Shown: positions 30,910-40,900 of the stretch, one piece after another
Layout: every line of letters begins with the position of its first letter
Numbering within the stretch: position 1 is the first letter of the stretch
NCBI GenBank assembly: GCA_965237955.1
Contig: OZ250169.1
Coordinates: 3,392,001 to 3,456,000 of the forward strand
DNA: 64,000 nucleotides
From: Candidatus Marinacidobacterales bacterium
GTDB taxonomy: Bacteria > Acidobacteriota > Vicinamibacteria > Marinacidobacterales > SMYC01
Reading direction: 5' to 3'
Program-made: the position numbers and the translations under genes
Notes under the pieces: generated by a model
What the model was told of the DNA's origin: nothing
The model's database searches: none
Seen by the model: the letters and a program-made list of their open reading frames with translations, nothing else

Positions 30910-31941
30910 TCAGTTTTGCTCGGCTTCCGTTTTGTCGGCTTGTTGTGACAGGCGTTCCAGGGTTTCGTAGGGCACCGTGAGCGATACGTCGACCTCGTTG
31001 TCGAACTGATCGATTTGAATGGAGTTCAAGATGGCGCCGATGTCGGGGTTCTCGTGTTGCAAGCTTCCGAGGGCGATGAAGCCGCGCACCACGTCGGCGA
31101 GCTTGATGGCAGATTCGAGGTCGGCCGCCAGTCCACGAGCGCGAAGAGCGATGTCGGCGTCGAGCCGGCCTGAAAAAACGAGCGAGTGAATGGGTGGGAT
31201 CTCGCCACCCGCAGGGAGCATGCTGTTGAAGCCGTTCTCCGGCGCGGCCGCGATCCAGAAGGTGTCATTCGCGAACGTGCCTTCACCCCAGCTCTGATTG
31301 AGCGCGGCTCCAGCGGAGCTAGCGCGCCCCTGGCCGGTATCGAGCATCTGCCGAATGTAGTCGCGGTCGCCTATTACGATGGTATCGCTGTCCGCAAACG
31401 CGAAGGCGGTCTTTTCGGAAACGCTGACGTGCTCAGCGTCTTGATCGTCATGCGGCGTTGGATAGTAAATCGTCGTTCCGTGGTAGTCCTCGACCTTGAC
31501 GTCCGCGACTACCTTGAGCTTGTCGATGAGGGTTCCGGCGTCGAACGCACCCTGGATCGAGATTCCCCAGCTCTTTGCCGAGGGGCTCCCACCCCGAGCT
31601 TCGCCCGAACCGGTGTCGGTGGTCACAACAGCGAAACTCGCCCGGTAGAGGTCGGTGAACGGATCGAGCCCTGTCGCCTCACGAAAGTCGTCGAGCTCGT
31701 CCCGTGATTCCTGTGCGTCGATCTGCTTTTCCCACTTCTCACGAAGTGGGCTCGCGAAGAGCGAAGTGAGATCGACGTGGCCTATTACACTGGCGTCGGC
31801 CGGTAGCCACGCCATCGTGGCCGGGAGGCCAGGCGATTGTGCCTCGACACCGGAGGCTCCGAGATAAGCGACGGCGCCGATCCCGAGACCGGCGACAACG
31901 GCGCCGGCGGCTAGGGTCAAAATCCAGCGGGACTTCTTCAT
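30910..31941 (-). CDS. Exported/membrane-anchored hypothetical protein
   Basis: 343-aa ORF, N-terminal hydrophobic segment, aggag RBS. Confidence 0.75.
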   Translation of the reverse strand: MKKSRWILTLAAGAVVAGLGIGAVAYLGASGVEAQSPGLPATMAWLPADASVIGHVDLTSLFASPLREKWEKQIDAQESRDELDDFREATGLDPFTDLYRASFAVVTTDTGSGEARGGSPSAKSWGISIQGAFDAGTLIDKLKVVADVKVEDYHGTTIYYPTPHDDQDAEHVSVSEKTAFAFADSDTIVIGDRDYIRQMLDTGQGRASSAGAALNQSWGEGTFANDTFWIAAAPENGFNSMLPAGGEIPPIHSLVFSGRLDADIALRARGLAADLESAIKLADVVRGFIALGSLQHENPDIGAILNSIQIDQFDNEVDVSLTVPYETLERLSQQADKTEAEQN

Positions 31942-32029
31942 AACGGTCTCCTTGAAGACGTGCTATTCACAAGAACGGATTTGCGGGGGTTCAAGTTCTA
32001 TTATGCCGCCATAATTCCGGCGCCGCCAC

Positions 32030-32803
32030 TCAGATTTCCTTTCGGGTAAAGAACCAAATAGCGAGCCCGTGGGTGGCGACACCAATGGCGAGAAGAGCGA
32101 GAACCGCCTCGGTGACCGACGATCGCTGACCGACGAGCTCGGCAAGCACGCCTTTCAAGCTCTCGTGCGGCATCAAAGAGTGCAGGTAGTGGGTGACGGT
32201 GAAGTAGCGCACCGCGCCGGGCACGATGGCCGCGCCCGCCTGCCACCCGAACACGAAGAAAAGACCGAAGATCAGCGGGCGTTTCAATACGGTCCCGGCG
32301 AGAGAGAACAAGCCGGTGTAGGCGAACATCCCCAGGATCGCGGCAACGACGTCACGCACTAGTGTCGGGAAACGGCTCCCGAGCTCCTGCCAGCCGCTCC
32401 CCGCGAGCGTCAAATAGAAACAGAGGACGAACGGAGGCAGGAACAGAAACAAAACGATGGTCAGGTTCCCGATTGCTCTGCCGAGGAAGAGGTCTCTCCG
32501 CTCGATGGGCCGGGTGAGAAAGTAGCGGAGCGTTCCCGCTTCGGCGTCGTCGGTGACCACGCCGCTCGCGTAGAAGAGCGAGAGCATCGGCACGACAAAA
32601 GGTAGGCTCACGGTAGCGGTCACGGCCGAGAACACTCCAGAGCTCGAGGTTTGCGCCGCGAGCTCGAGCGCGACCGCTGCGCGGTAGACGAGCGCCACGA
32701 GGACGGGCGTCATCGCCAATATCGCCATTCCCAGAGTACGCGGCGAGAACAGAAGCTGAGAGAAACTCCACCGCGCGACGATAGGAAGTCGAGAGGCCGT
32801 CAT
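32030..32803 (-). CDS. ABC-2 type transporter permease
   Basis: Multiple TM segments; EAGTLRYFLTRPI motif. Confidence 0.85.
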   Translation of the reverse strand: MTASRLPIVARWSFSQLLFSPRTLGMAILAMTPVLVALVYRAAVALELAAQTSSSGVFSAVTATVSLPFVVPMLSLFYASGVVTDDAEAGTLRYFLTRPIERRDLFLGRAIGNLTIVLFLFLPPFVLCFYLTLAGSGWQELGSRFPTLVRDVVAAILGMFAYTGLFSLAGTVLKRPLIFGLFFVFGWQAGAAIVPGAVRYFTVTHYLHSLMPHESLKGVLAELVGQRSSVTEAVLALLAIGVATHGLAIWFFTRKEI

Positions 32804-33735
32804 TTTTCCACCAAGTAGTGAAACACGGCTTCGAGTTTGTCGTCGGGCGACGAGATCTCGTGGATGACGACGACGCCGTCGATGACGTACTCGGCGAGAA
32901 GCTTGTAGAAACGATCGGGCTCCCGGGTCTCGAGCTCCACTTCCGACAGCTCTTCGGAAAATGAGATCGAGTGCAAGTCTTCCTGCTCGAGGAGATGACC
33001 CGCGAGCTTCCGCGGCTCCGGGGTTGAAATCAAGATGTGATGTGGGTGCGCATCCATCAGCCGACGAATCTCGTGAATGTTGCCACTCGCCATCACTTTC
33101 CCCGCCGTCATCAAAACGACTTCCCGCGTCATCAGCTCGACTTCATGAAGAATGTGACTCGAAACGAGAACCGTCTTGCCGCGAGCGCCCCAATCGCGGA
33201 TCCAGTCGATCACTTCGCGCCGGTCGACGGGGTCGAGCCCGGTGAGAGGCTCATCGAGAACGAGAATCTCGGGATCGTGCGCCATCGCTTGCGCGATGCG
33301 GAGCCTCTGCTTCATCCCGCGGCTGAACGTGGTGACCCGGCGATCGCGCGCGCTCTCGAGCCCTACATCGGAGAGAGCTTTCTCCGCACGGGCACGCGCC
33401 GCCTGCTCGTCGAAGCCGTGAAGGCGCATCAAGTACTCGAGCCAGTCGATGGCGCTCACCCGGGCTTGAAACTCCTCTTCTTCGGGCACGAGGCCGAGCT
33501 TTTGGTGCACGCCGGGGTTCGCGAACGGCGAGTCACCGAAAACGGTGACGTTTCCGGAGCTCGGGCGCAGGAGCCCAGTGACGAGCTTCAACAGGGTGGA
33601 CTTGCCGGCGCCGTTCGGACCCAAGAGCGCGGTGACGCCCGGCTCGAAGGCGAGGCTCACCCGGCTCAACCCGAGGACGTTTCCGTACCAGCGCGAGACG
33701 GCGTCGAGCTCGATCACGTTCGTGATCGATTTCAT
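32800..33735 (-). CDS. ABC transporter ATP-binding protein
   Basis: GPNGAGKST, FSRGMKQR, LDEP, SSH. Confidence 0.92.
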   Translation of the reverse strand: MKSITNVIELDAVSRWYGNVLGLSRVSLAFEPGVTALLGPNGAGKSTLLKLVTGLLRPSSGNVTVFGDSPFANPGVHQKLGLVPEEEEFQARVSAIDWLEYLMRLHGFDEQAARARAEKALSDVGLESARDRRVTTFSRGMKQRLRIAQAMAHDPEILVLDEPLTGLDPVDRREVIDWIRDWGARGKTVLVSSHILHEVELMTREVVLMTAGKVMASGNIHEIRRLMDAHPHHILISTPEPRKLAGHLLEQEDLHSISFSEELSEVELETREPDRFYKLLAEYVIDGVVVIHEISSPDDKLEAVFHYLVEK

Positions 33736-33737
33736 GC

Positions 33738-34586
33738 TCACGAGGACACCTCGGCCGAGCTCAACCGCCAGCGGAGGACGGCGAGCGAAGCGAGCATCAG
33801 CGACACCATAGAGGCGATCGAGAGAAACGGTGTGTTGGCGGACGCGGCGTTGCCGAAGAACACGTGGCCGGAATCGACGGTGGAGTCGATCATGCTGAGA
33901 AACGCCGGCGGCTGGTCGATGCGAAGACGAGATAAAGCGCCCACGAAGATGACTTTGCTCCCGAGGGCGAGGGCGCCGAAGCCGGCGCCGGCAACGCGCG
34001 TGCTCCGGGTGAGACTCGAGATGGCGAGAACGGTGAGCGTGAAATAGAGGCATATCCAAACACTGTAGATGACCACGGAGAGGGGCAGAAACTGGCTGGC
34101 CGCGAACAACTCGGAATCTTCGGCAACGAACACGTGCACGACGAGCAACGTCAACGCGGGAACGAGCGTCACGACCAGGAGCGCGGCCATCACCGGCATC
34201 GCCTTGGCGAAGACGTAGTTGATGCGTGAGATCGGTTTCGATAGGTAGACAACGAACGCACCCGTCGACAGGTCCGTCGAGATCGCGCCGGCGCCGGTGT
34301 AGAGTGCTACGAGGATCACCGGCAGATAAGCGACTTGCTGCGACAGGAACTCCTGCCAGAGCCCGGCATCGATGGTGATGGACACAAACGCCTGGGGAAA
34401 CTGCCTGGCAACGTAAATCTGCGCCGCCCGCGCGAGGACCGGGATCCAGGAGACGGTGAGAAGAAGAAGAAACGACCGGCGCTTCAGGAGAAGCGAAGCC
34501 GAGGAGCGCGCCATCGCGAAGCTTCGGTTGAAGCGCGACGTGCGCGGCCCGTCGAAATGCTGATAAGAAAGATCGTGGAGAGGCAT
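33738..34586 (-). CDS. ABC-2 type transporter permease
   Basis: TM segments; ISTDLSTGAFVVYLSKPI. Confidence 0.85.
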   Translation of the reverse strand: MPLHDLSYQHFDGPRTSRFNRSFAMARSSASLLLKRRSFLLLLTVSWIPVLARAAQIYVARQFPQAFVSITIDAGLWQEFLSQQVAYLPVILVALYTGAGAISTDLSTGAFVVYLSKPISRINYVFAKAMPVMAALLVVTLVPALTLLVVHVFVAEDSELFAASQFLPLSVVIYSVWICLYFTLTVLAISSLTRSTRVAGAGFGALALGSKVIFVGALSRLRIDQPPAFLSMIDSTVDSGHVFFGNAASANTPFLSIASMVSLMLASLAVLRWRLSSAEVSS

Positions 34587-35539
34587 CAGGACACGTCGGG
34601 CGCGTTGACATCGACCGCGGTGAGAAATGTCTCTTCCAGGTTGGTCTCGAACCGTCGCAAATGCCGGATCTCGGCGCCGGCGGAGCGGGCCGCTTCGAAC
34701 AAGAATCTCGTCGAGGGAGCTTCCGAGGAGTCGCTTGCCGGCAGAGTAATCTTCAGTTGCCCGTGACTGTCCTCTTCGATGACGACGTCGTGACTCGAGA
34801 GCGCGTTTCGAAACGCTCCCGGGGTGTCTTCGCAGATCCGGATCTCGTAGACGCATCCCGCATGGCCCGGACGTTGCCGCAGCGCATCGAGCCTCCCTTC
34901 GAGCGCGAGCCTGCCTTTGTCCAGGACGACGACGCTGTCACAAACTTGCTCGACGTCGTGCAAAAGATGCGTCGACAGCATGACCGATACATGGCGCTTT
35001 CCGACGTCTCGCACCAACTCCAGCATTTGCCGCCGGCCTAAGGGATCGAGTCCGCTCGTCGGTTCATCAAGGAGGAGGAGCTCGGGGTCGTGCACCAACG
35101 ACATAGCGAGTTTGGTACGTTGCTGCATTCCGGTCGAGAACTCTTCGACTAACCGGTAGCGAGCGTCTCCCAATCCGGCAAACCAGAGCATGTCGTGCGC
35201 CCGGGCGAGGGCGTCGGTGCGAGAGAGGCCGCCGAGCTCGCCGGCGAGCGCGACCATTTCGACTGCGGTCAATCCTGGAACAAAAACGCTTCGCTCGGGA
35301 AAGTATCCGAGGCGCAGGCGCAACTCGTGGGGACGGCCGCGGACGGGGACACCGAGTACCTCTGCGGTTCCCCGTTTCGGCACGAGGAAACCGAGCAGCG
35401 TTTTGAAGAGTGTGCTCTTTCCGGCACCGTTCTTGCCGAGGAGGCCCGACACTCCCTCGGGCACTTCGACATCGAGAGCGGAAAGTGCCTGTCTGGTGCC
35501 GTAGCTGACGGTGAGGTCGGTCGTTCTCAATACTGCCAT
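34586..35539 (-). CDS. ABC transporter ATP-binding protein
   Basis: GKNGAGKST, FSTGMQQR, LDEP, STH. Confidence 0.92.
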   Translation of the reverse strand: MAVLRTTDLTVSYGTRQALSALDVEVPEGVSGLLGKNGAGKSTLFKTLLGFLVPKRGTAEVLGVPVRGRPHELRLRLGYFPERSVFVPGLTAVEMVALAGELGGLSRTDALARAHDMLWFAGLGDARYRLVEEFSTGMQQRTKLAMSLVHDPELLLLDEPTSGLDPLGRRQMLELVRDVGKRHVSVMLSTHLLHDVEQVCDSVVVLDKGRLALEGRLDALRQRPGHAGCVYEIRICEDTPGAFRNALSSHDVVIEEDSHGQLKITLPASDSSEAPSTRFLFEAARSAGAEIRHLRRFETNLEETFLTAVDVNAPDVS

Positions 35540-35646
35540 GAGGTCGATCGCGTAGACGGAATCCGCTTGCTCGAAGTTCCCGGCCGACCATACCATGTGC
35601 CGAAGGGGCTTCCGCCGGGCTCCGATCGCGCGTAGAATTGATTCCG

Positions 35647-36021
35647 ATGAGTCGCCATCGGTCGAAAGAAGCGGGGGAAATCCGCATCCGGAACCTCGTC
35701 GAGCTCGTCGTCGTTTTCTTCCTCGTCTACGCCATCTTTCAGATCGCACCGGTGGTCGTCACTCGGGTCAACTTTCTGACCGAGCTCGATGTGATCGCGA
35801 ATTCTCCGGTTCAAGAGACCGCGCTCGAGCTACGCCAAAAAGTGTTGCAGGCGGCCGAGGGCCGCAGCATCGTGCTCGACGCGGAACGCGTTCACGTCCG
35901 GCGCGATCGATCAACCAAGAGAACGACCATCGACGCGAGCTACGAGCTGTTCGTGAACTTCTTCCCTCGCTACACTTACATCTGGCGGGTCAACGATCAC
36001 GTCGAGGCTCTTTTGTTTTAG
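35647..36021 (+). CDS. Small pilin-like / DUF4845-like membrane-anchored protein
   Basis: Basic N-terminus, Gly, hydrophobic helix, short beta-rich C-terminus. Confidence 0.55.
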   Translation: MSRHRSKEAGEIRIRNLVELVVVFFLVYAIFQIAPVVVTRVNFLTELDVIANSPVQETALELRQKVLQAAEGRSIVLDAERVHVRRDRSTKRTTIDASYELFVNFFPRYTYIWRVNDHVEALLF

Positions 36022-36110
36022 TCACGTCTAGTTTGGTTGCGATCGACGAGTCTTGTAGAGCCTAAGTCCGTTTGCTATGATTACTTAGGATTTTCTAGTC
36101 GAGGCGCGTT

Positions 36111-36413
36111 TTGCACGAAGGTGACGAGAAGCTGCGGCGAGTGGTTCAAAACCTCGAGAAGAGCATCGAGCAGGCGATTGCAAGCTCACCGCAAGTCGAA
36201 GAGTGCCTGACCCGCATCCGCGACGAAGGCTACGAGATTTCCCTCGTCTTACAAGCCACGCTGGCGTTCGCCCCGATGGGTGAGCTCGACTTGAAGCAGG
36301 TCGAGGAAGTCGCGGGCGTCTTCAACGAGAGCGATGCGCAATTTCGGATGAGCACGCTGGATCGGAAGTTCCTGCGGTCGCTGAAGATTGCGGTGGATGT
36401 GGACGAGGAATAG
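36111..36413 (+). CDS. Hypothetical protein
   Basis: 100-aa ORF, gagg RBS, ends DRKFLRSLKIAVD. Confidence 0.7.
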   Translation: MHEGDEKLRRVVQNLEKSIEQAIASSPQVEECLTRIRDEGYEISLVLQATLAFAPMGELDLKQVEEVAGVFNESDAQFRMSTLDRKFLRSLKIAVDVDEE

Positions 36414-36450
36414 TCAGCACGGCGCAGCGAAGCCGCATCCCAAATCTCTC

Positions 36451-36483
36451 AACGCAAAGACGCAAGGGCGCAAAGACGCCAAG
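36451..36483. repeat. 8-bp array, left arm only (copy 3), abutting the IS
   Basis: aacgcaaa gacgcaag ggcgcaaa gacgccaag; no inverted partner. Confidence 0.8.
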
Positions 36484-36489
36484 GTTCGT

Positions 36490-37576
36490 TGCCTTGGTGC
36501 ACAACTCCGATAGAGGCCGAGAGCTCGCTTGGCCCCGACTCCCATCATCCGATCATCTCGCTATCAGGCATCCCGAGCGCCGTCATGGTGTTGAGAATCT
36601 TGCACCCGATCCTTGCCTCGACTCTCTGTGCCGCCAACCCTCTCGCTCGCATCGCTGAGCCCACGATAGCCTTGTAGCGATGGAACGTTGTCTCGACTTT
36701 GCTCCGTTTGCTGTAGCCCGATTCTGTGTGCCACTTTCGTTTGCCGAGCCGAGCTTGTGCTGCAATGTTGCGATTACGCTGTCGGCTGCTCGCCGGCCCC
36801 GATGCGAGCTGGGCGCCCTTGCGCGGCGGTATCAGCACCCTCGGCGAGCGATGAGCGCTGTGATTCTCGATCGCCTCATAGACGCCGCTGGCGTCGTATG
36901 CGGTGTCAGCTCTGGCCGATGAGATGGGACTGTCGATCTGTCCGACAAGCGATGCAACCCGCGATGAATCGCGGGCTCTTTTGCTCGTCAGCTCGCAGGC
37001 GATGACTTCGCCACTCTGCTCGTCGACACACAGATGGAGCTTGCGATAGTCCCTGCTCTTTGATGCTCTGCGCAGCTGGCCGGCGTGGACAGCGAGACCG
37101 CTGCTGTCGATCAAGATGTGCAACGGCGTCTTCTGCTTGTCTTGGTAGAAGGGGACCTTACCCAGCTTCGCCTTGCGCCTCGAGATCGTGGTGTGATCGG
37201 GCACATCATTGTCTAGCTTCATCAGAGCGAACAACGACCGCAGCAATCCCTCGCTCTGCCTAGATGACAGATGAAACACCATGCCCAGGGTGACAGCCGT
37301 CTCGATGGCGTGGTTCGAGTACTTGCGTTGACGGCCCGGTTTCCTCCTCCTCGGCCGGGGCGCGTCCCAGTTCACAAGCTTGCCGGCGGTGAGCGAGATC
37401 CAGACAGTCAGGCTCCCACGGTTGCGTAGACCCGCCTCATATTCACGCCAATTCCTCACGCGATAGGCCTTCTTCACATACTTCCGCTGAGTGCGTTTGA
37501 AAATGCTCATGGGGAACCTCGAATCCGTGAGTAAAGGACAATTGTGGACCGAGATCGCGAGTTGTGCACCAAGGCA
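36490..37576 (-). mobile_element. IS5 family (IS903 group) insertion sequence, copy 1, 1087 bp
   Basis: Terminal IR tgccttggtgcacaact / agttgtgcaccaaggca; no target duplication visible. Confidence 0.93.
36545..37510 (-). CDS. IS5 family transposase
   Basis: NWREYEAGLRNRGSLT, PDHTTISRR, IDSSG, RKLH, ADTAYD, YSKRSKVET. Confidence 0.95.
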   Translation of the reverse strand: MSIFKRTQRKYVKKAYRVRNWREYEAGLRNRGSLTVWISLTAGKLVNWDAPRPRRRKPGRQRKYSNHAIETAVTLGMVFHLSSRQSEGLLRSLFALMKLDNDVPDHTTISRRKAKLGKVPFYQDKQKTPLHILIDSSGLAVHAGQLRRASKSRDYRKLHLCVDEQSGEVIACELTSKRARDSSRVASLVGQIDSPISSARADTAYDASGVYEAIENHSAHRSPRVLIPPRKGAQLASGPASSRQRNRNIAAQARLGKRKWHTESGYSKRSKVETTFHRYKAIVGSAMRARGLAAQRVEARIGCKILNTMTALGMPDSEMIG

Positions 37577-38673
37577 ATTGGTCGTCCCTAATAATGACCC
37601 CTTCCTCTTCGAATTTCGCCTTGTAGTTCTTGACTATTTCACGAGGAGTCAGTCCTACCTTGATCGTCTCTACCAGAATCTTGTCGATTCTCCGATATTC
37701 TGCCCAAAGTTTTTTGATATCTGGAGGTGGTTCCGTCTCCCCTTCGCGCAGCACATAGGCGTACGTTCCCTGACTTGGGGCTGCAACGATGTCGCCTCCC
37801 TGGATCACAACGTTTTCATGGCCTCGAGTCCGTCCCCTTTGTGATACTCCTGTGCCTCGCCAGCGAAAAATAGTCACTCCCACGTCGCGATTCTTGGTGA
37901 CACCCGGCACGATTTCAGCAAAAACTTTCCTCACACGTTCATCTTCGTCCTTACGCATTCTTTTGAGTAACTCAATTTCGCTTGGCACCTTTCTGATGAT
38001 GTAATCCATCATCACACGCTCAGACGAGACTATCCTGTTGGCATATTTATCACCGAGCTCTTCAGTCAATAGAAGGTAGTCCGTATGCGAAAGGCCGTCT
38101 CGTGCTCTTGTCGTGGTCGGATAGGGCCCCAGATCGAGCTTGAAATTCAGAGCAATGCGTTTGGGGTCACGTGCATCAACGAATTCTCTGAGGCCCTTGA
38201 ATCGGTAGTCATATTCTGTCTCCGGGCCTCCCGGCGGTTGCTTCACAAGAACCGGATCGCCGATGATGTCGTAAGCTCCACATTCTTCGACCAACCTGGT
38301 CTCCCAATGTACCCTCCACGTTTCACCAGCATGTGAGTCTCCCCACCGACGTCCGAGAACCGCACGTTCAATCCTGTCATCGTCACGGTCCGTGAAGACA
38401 AACACACCGGAGGCTCCCCAGGTCTTCTGCACCAAAGGGATCCGGTATGGTTTCTCTCATCACGTGAAGCCACATGTCGACATTGTTCTTCCTCATGACT
38501 TCAGGCAGGACAATGTCGAATTTTTCCCGACGAATCCGATTGTTCCATTCCCTTAAATCGTCCTCTTCCTGGGCTTGTGCTTCGGCCGTTGCCGGATCGG
38601 TTGCTTCAGCACTACGGAGACACAAAAAGACGGACATAATAAAAGTCACAAACAAAACAATTCGACTAGACAT
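37577..38673 (-). pseudogene. M24 (Xaa-Pro aminopeptidase-like) exported peptidase; frameshift near 38415, C-terminus cut by the IS
   Basis: IRREKFDIVLPEVMRKNNVDMW, RDPKRIALN, DGLSHTDY, YAYVLREGETEPP; visibly lower GC than the host. Confidence 0.8.
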
Positions 38674-38727
38674 TGGTCAGAACTCCTTGCCCCCGTTATC
38701 CAGCATGTTGGAGCCGGAACAGGAACC

Positions 38728-38840
38728 TCACTGGTAGCGGAAGTAGAGCTTCCCGTCGGCGTAAGCGATGGCGGCGGAGTTGCGCCCGTCGTTTCGGACG
38801 CGACCCCAGGCGAGCTCGCCGGTTCGAGCAGCCGCGCAGC
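38728..38840 (-). pseudogene. PQQ-like beta-propeller remnant
   Basis: One frame reads ARTGELAWGRVRNDGRNSAAIAYADGKLYFRYQ*. Confidence 0.5.
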
Positions 38841-38870
38841 ACTCGGGCAAGAATCTTTCCTCCTGGATGG

Positions 38871-39957
38871 TGCCTTGGTGCACAACTCCGATAGAGGCCG
38901 AGAGCTCGCTTGGCCCCGACTCCCATCATCCGATCATCTCGCTATCAGGCATCCCGAGCGCCGTCATGGTGTTGAAAATCTTGCACCCGATCTTTGCCTC
39001 GACTCTCTGTGCCGCCAACCCTCTCGCTCGCATCGCTGAGCCCACGATAGCCTTGTAGCGATGGAACGTTGTCTCGACTTTGCTCCGTTTGCTGTAGCCC
39101 GATTCTGTGTGCCACTTTCGTTTGCCGAGCCGAGCTTGTGCTGCAATGTTGCGATTGCGCTGTCGGCTGCTCGCCGGCCCCGATGCGAGCAGGGCGCCCT
39201 TGCGCGGCGGTATCAGCACCCTCGGCGAGCGATGAGCGCTGTGATTCTCGATCGCCTCATAGACGCCGCTGGCGTCGTATGCGGTGTCAGCTCTGGCCGA
39301 TGAGATGGGACTGTCGATCTGTCCGACAAGCGATGCAACCCGCGATGAATCGCGGGCTCTTTTGCTCGTCAGCTCGCAGGCGATGACTTCGCCACTCTGC
39401 TCGTCGACACACAGATGGAGCTTGCGATAGTCCCTGCTCTTTGATGCTCTGCGCAGCTGGCCGGCGTGGACAGCGAGACCGCTGCTGTCGATCAAGATGT
39501 GCAACGGCGTCTTCTGCTTGTCTTGGTAGAAGGGGACCTTACCCAGCTTCGCCTTGCGCCTCGAGATCGTGGTGTGATTGGGCACATCATTGTCTAGCTT
39601 CATCAGAGCGAACAATGATCGCAGCAATCCCTCGCTCTGCCTAGACGACAGATGAAACACCATGCCCAGGGTGACAGCCGTCTCGATGGCGTGGTTCGAG
39701 TACTTGCGTTGACGGCCCGGTTTCCTCCTCCTCGGCCGGGGCGCGTCCCAGTTCACAAGCTTGCCGGCGGTGAGCGAGATCCAGACGGTCAGGCTCCCGC
39801 GGTTGCGTAGACCCGCCTCATATTCACGCCAATTCCTCACGCGATAGGCCTTCTTCACATACTTCCGCTGAGTGCGTTTGAAAATGCTCATGGGGAACCT
39901 CGTATCCGCGAGTACAGGACAATTGTGGACCGAGATCGCGAGTTGTGCACCAAGGCA
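38871..39957 (-). mobile_element. IS5 family (IS903 group) insertion sequence, copy 2, 1087 bp
   Basis: Same IRs and orientation as copy 1, roughly a dozen substitutions by eye. Confidence 0.93.
38926..39891 (-). CDS. IS5 family transposase
   Basis: Near-identical to 36545-37510 (four amino-acid differences seen). Confidence 0.95.
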   Translation of the reverse strand: MSIFKRTQRKYVKKAYRVRNWREYEAGLRNRGSLTVWISLTAGKLVNWDAPRPRRRKPGRQRKYSNHAIETAVTLGMVFHLSSRQSEGLLRSLFALMKLDNDVPNHTTISRRKAKLGKVPFYQDKQKTPLHILIDSSGLAVHAGQLRRASKSRDYRKLHLCVDEQSGEVIACELTSKRARDSSRVASLVGQIDSPISSARADTAYDASGVYEAIENHSAHRSPRVLIPPRKGALLASGPASSRQRNRNIAAQARLGKRKWHTESGYSKRSKVETTFHRYKAIVGSAMRARGLAAQRVEAKIGCKIFNTMTALGMPDSEMIG

Positions 39958-39970
39958 TCGAGACGCTATC

Positions 39971-39993
39971 GGGCAGGGGCAGGGGTAGGGGTA
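39971..39993. repeat. 6-bp tandem array (ggggca/ggggta), single arm beside the IS
   Basis: gggca ggggca ggggta ggggta. Confidence 0.6.
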
Positions 39994-40055
39994 ACTGGGA
40001 TAAAATACAGATCCGCTGTTTTGGCGTTGGAAAAGCCCCAACGAGGAGTTACAGG

Positions 40056-40871
40056 ATGCTGAAGAGGGTACTCGTTCTGACCATGGCGTCGGTTGTTCTT
40101 TCGGGGAGCATCGACACCGCCTATCCGTGGAGCGAGGAGGGCGTGCGTCTGTTCATGGAAAAAGCGATCAAAGCACTCGACAAGTCGCTCAAGCGGTTCT
40201 ATGAGGATCGAGAGCTCACCCTCGTCGAGACGGCGAGCGACCCGTCGCTATTCCCGCCGCGCCTGCTGTTCGAAGTCGATCGACTCGAGCCGTTTCCATT
40301 CCTCGACCTTCCGACGGACAGAAAGCGTGCGGTCAGAAAGTACGGCGAAGAAGCGCTCGAGGAGTCAGGTGATCTGCCGTGGCGGTTGATCGAGAGCTAC
40401 AACGCGCTCGTCGAAGCGCACCGCCAGGCCGATTTCGAGGCGGTGATGACGCACTCTGCCGAGATTGCGCACTACGTTGGCGCGATGTACGTCCCTGTCA
40501 ACGTCTCCCGAAACGGAGATGGCGAGCCCACCGGGCAGCACGGACTGCGCGAGCGGTTCGATTCGCGTCTTCTCGAAGTTTACGGGGGAAAAGTCCGCGT
40601 CGATACCCCGACAGCCTTTTACCTCGACAATCCGGAAGAATACGCGGTCTCGATACCACGGAAGAGCTACATCTGGGTCGACAACCTGTTGTACTTCGAC
40701 TATCTGTCGCGGCTGGGGGTGAAGAGCTACGACCGTTTCTACTACGAAGGTATGTGGCTTCGGGCAAAGCCCCTGCTCAAGCAGCTTCTCGAGGGTGCCG
40801 CGCTCGACACCGCGAGCTTCTGGTACACCGCGTGGTTGGCCGCACGACGCCCGGAGTTGCCAAAGAAGTGA
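40056..40871 (+). CDS. S1/P1 nuclease / zinc-dependent phospholipase C-like exported protein, most metal ligands substituted
   Basis: Signal peptide then W; GDLPW, SAEIAHYVG, VP, DGEPTGQHGL..RFDSRL, ASFWYTAW. Confidence 0.7.
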   Translation: MLKRVLVLTMASVVLSGSIDTAYPWSEEGVRLFMEKAIKALDKSLKRFYEDRELTLVETASDPSLFPPRLLFEVDRLEPFPFLDLPTDRKRAVRKYGEEALEESGDLPWRLIESYNALVEAHRQADFEAVMTHSAEIAHYVGAMYVPVNVSRNGDGEPTGQHGLRERFDSRLLEVYGGKVRVDTPTAFYLDNPEEYAVSIPRKSYIWVDNLLYFDYLSRLGVKSYDRFYYEGMWLRAKPLLKQLLEGAALDTASFWYTAWLAARRPELPKK

Positions 40872-40900
40872 TCCGGATTCCCTCCAGCTAGGACGAACGC

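Noticed and set aside
32800-34611. 603-aa ABC ORF as one fused protein
   Set aside because: The N-terminal half is an out-of-frame overlap with the permease; the ATPase starts at 33735.
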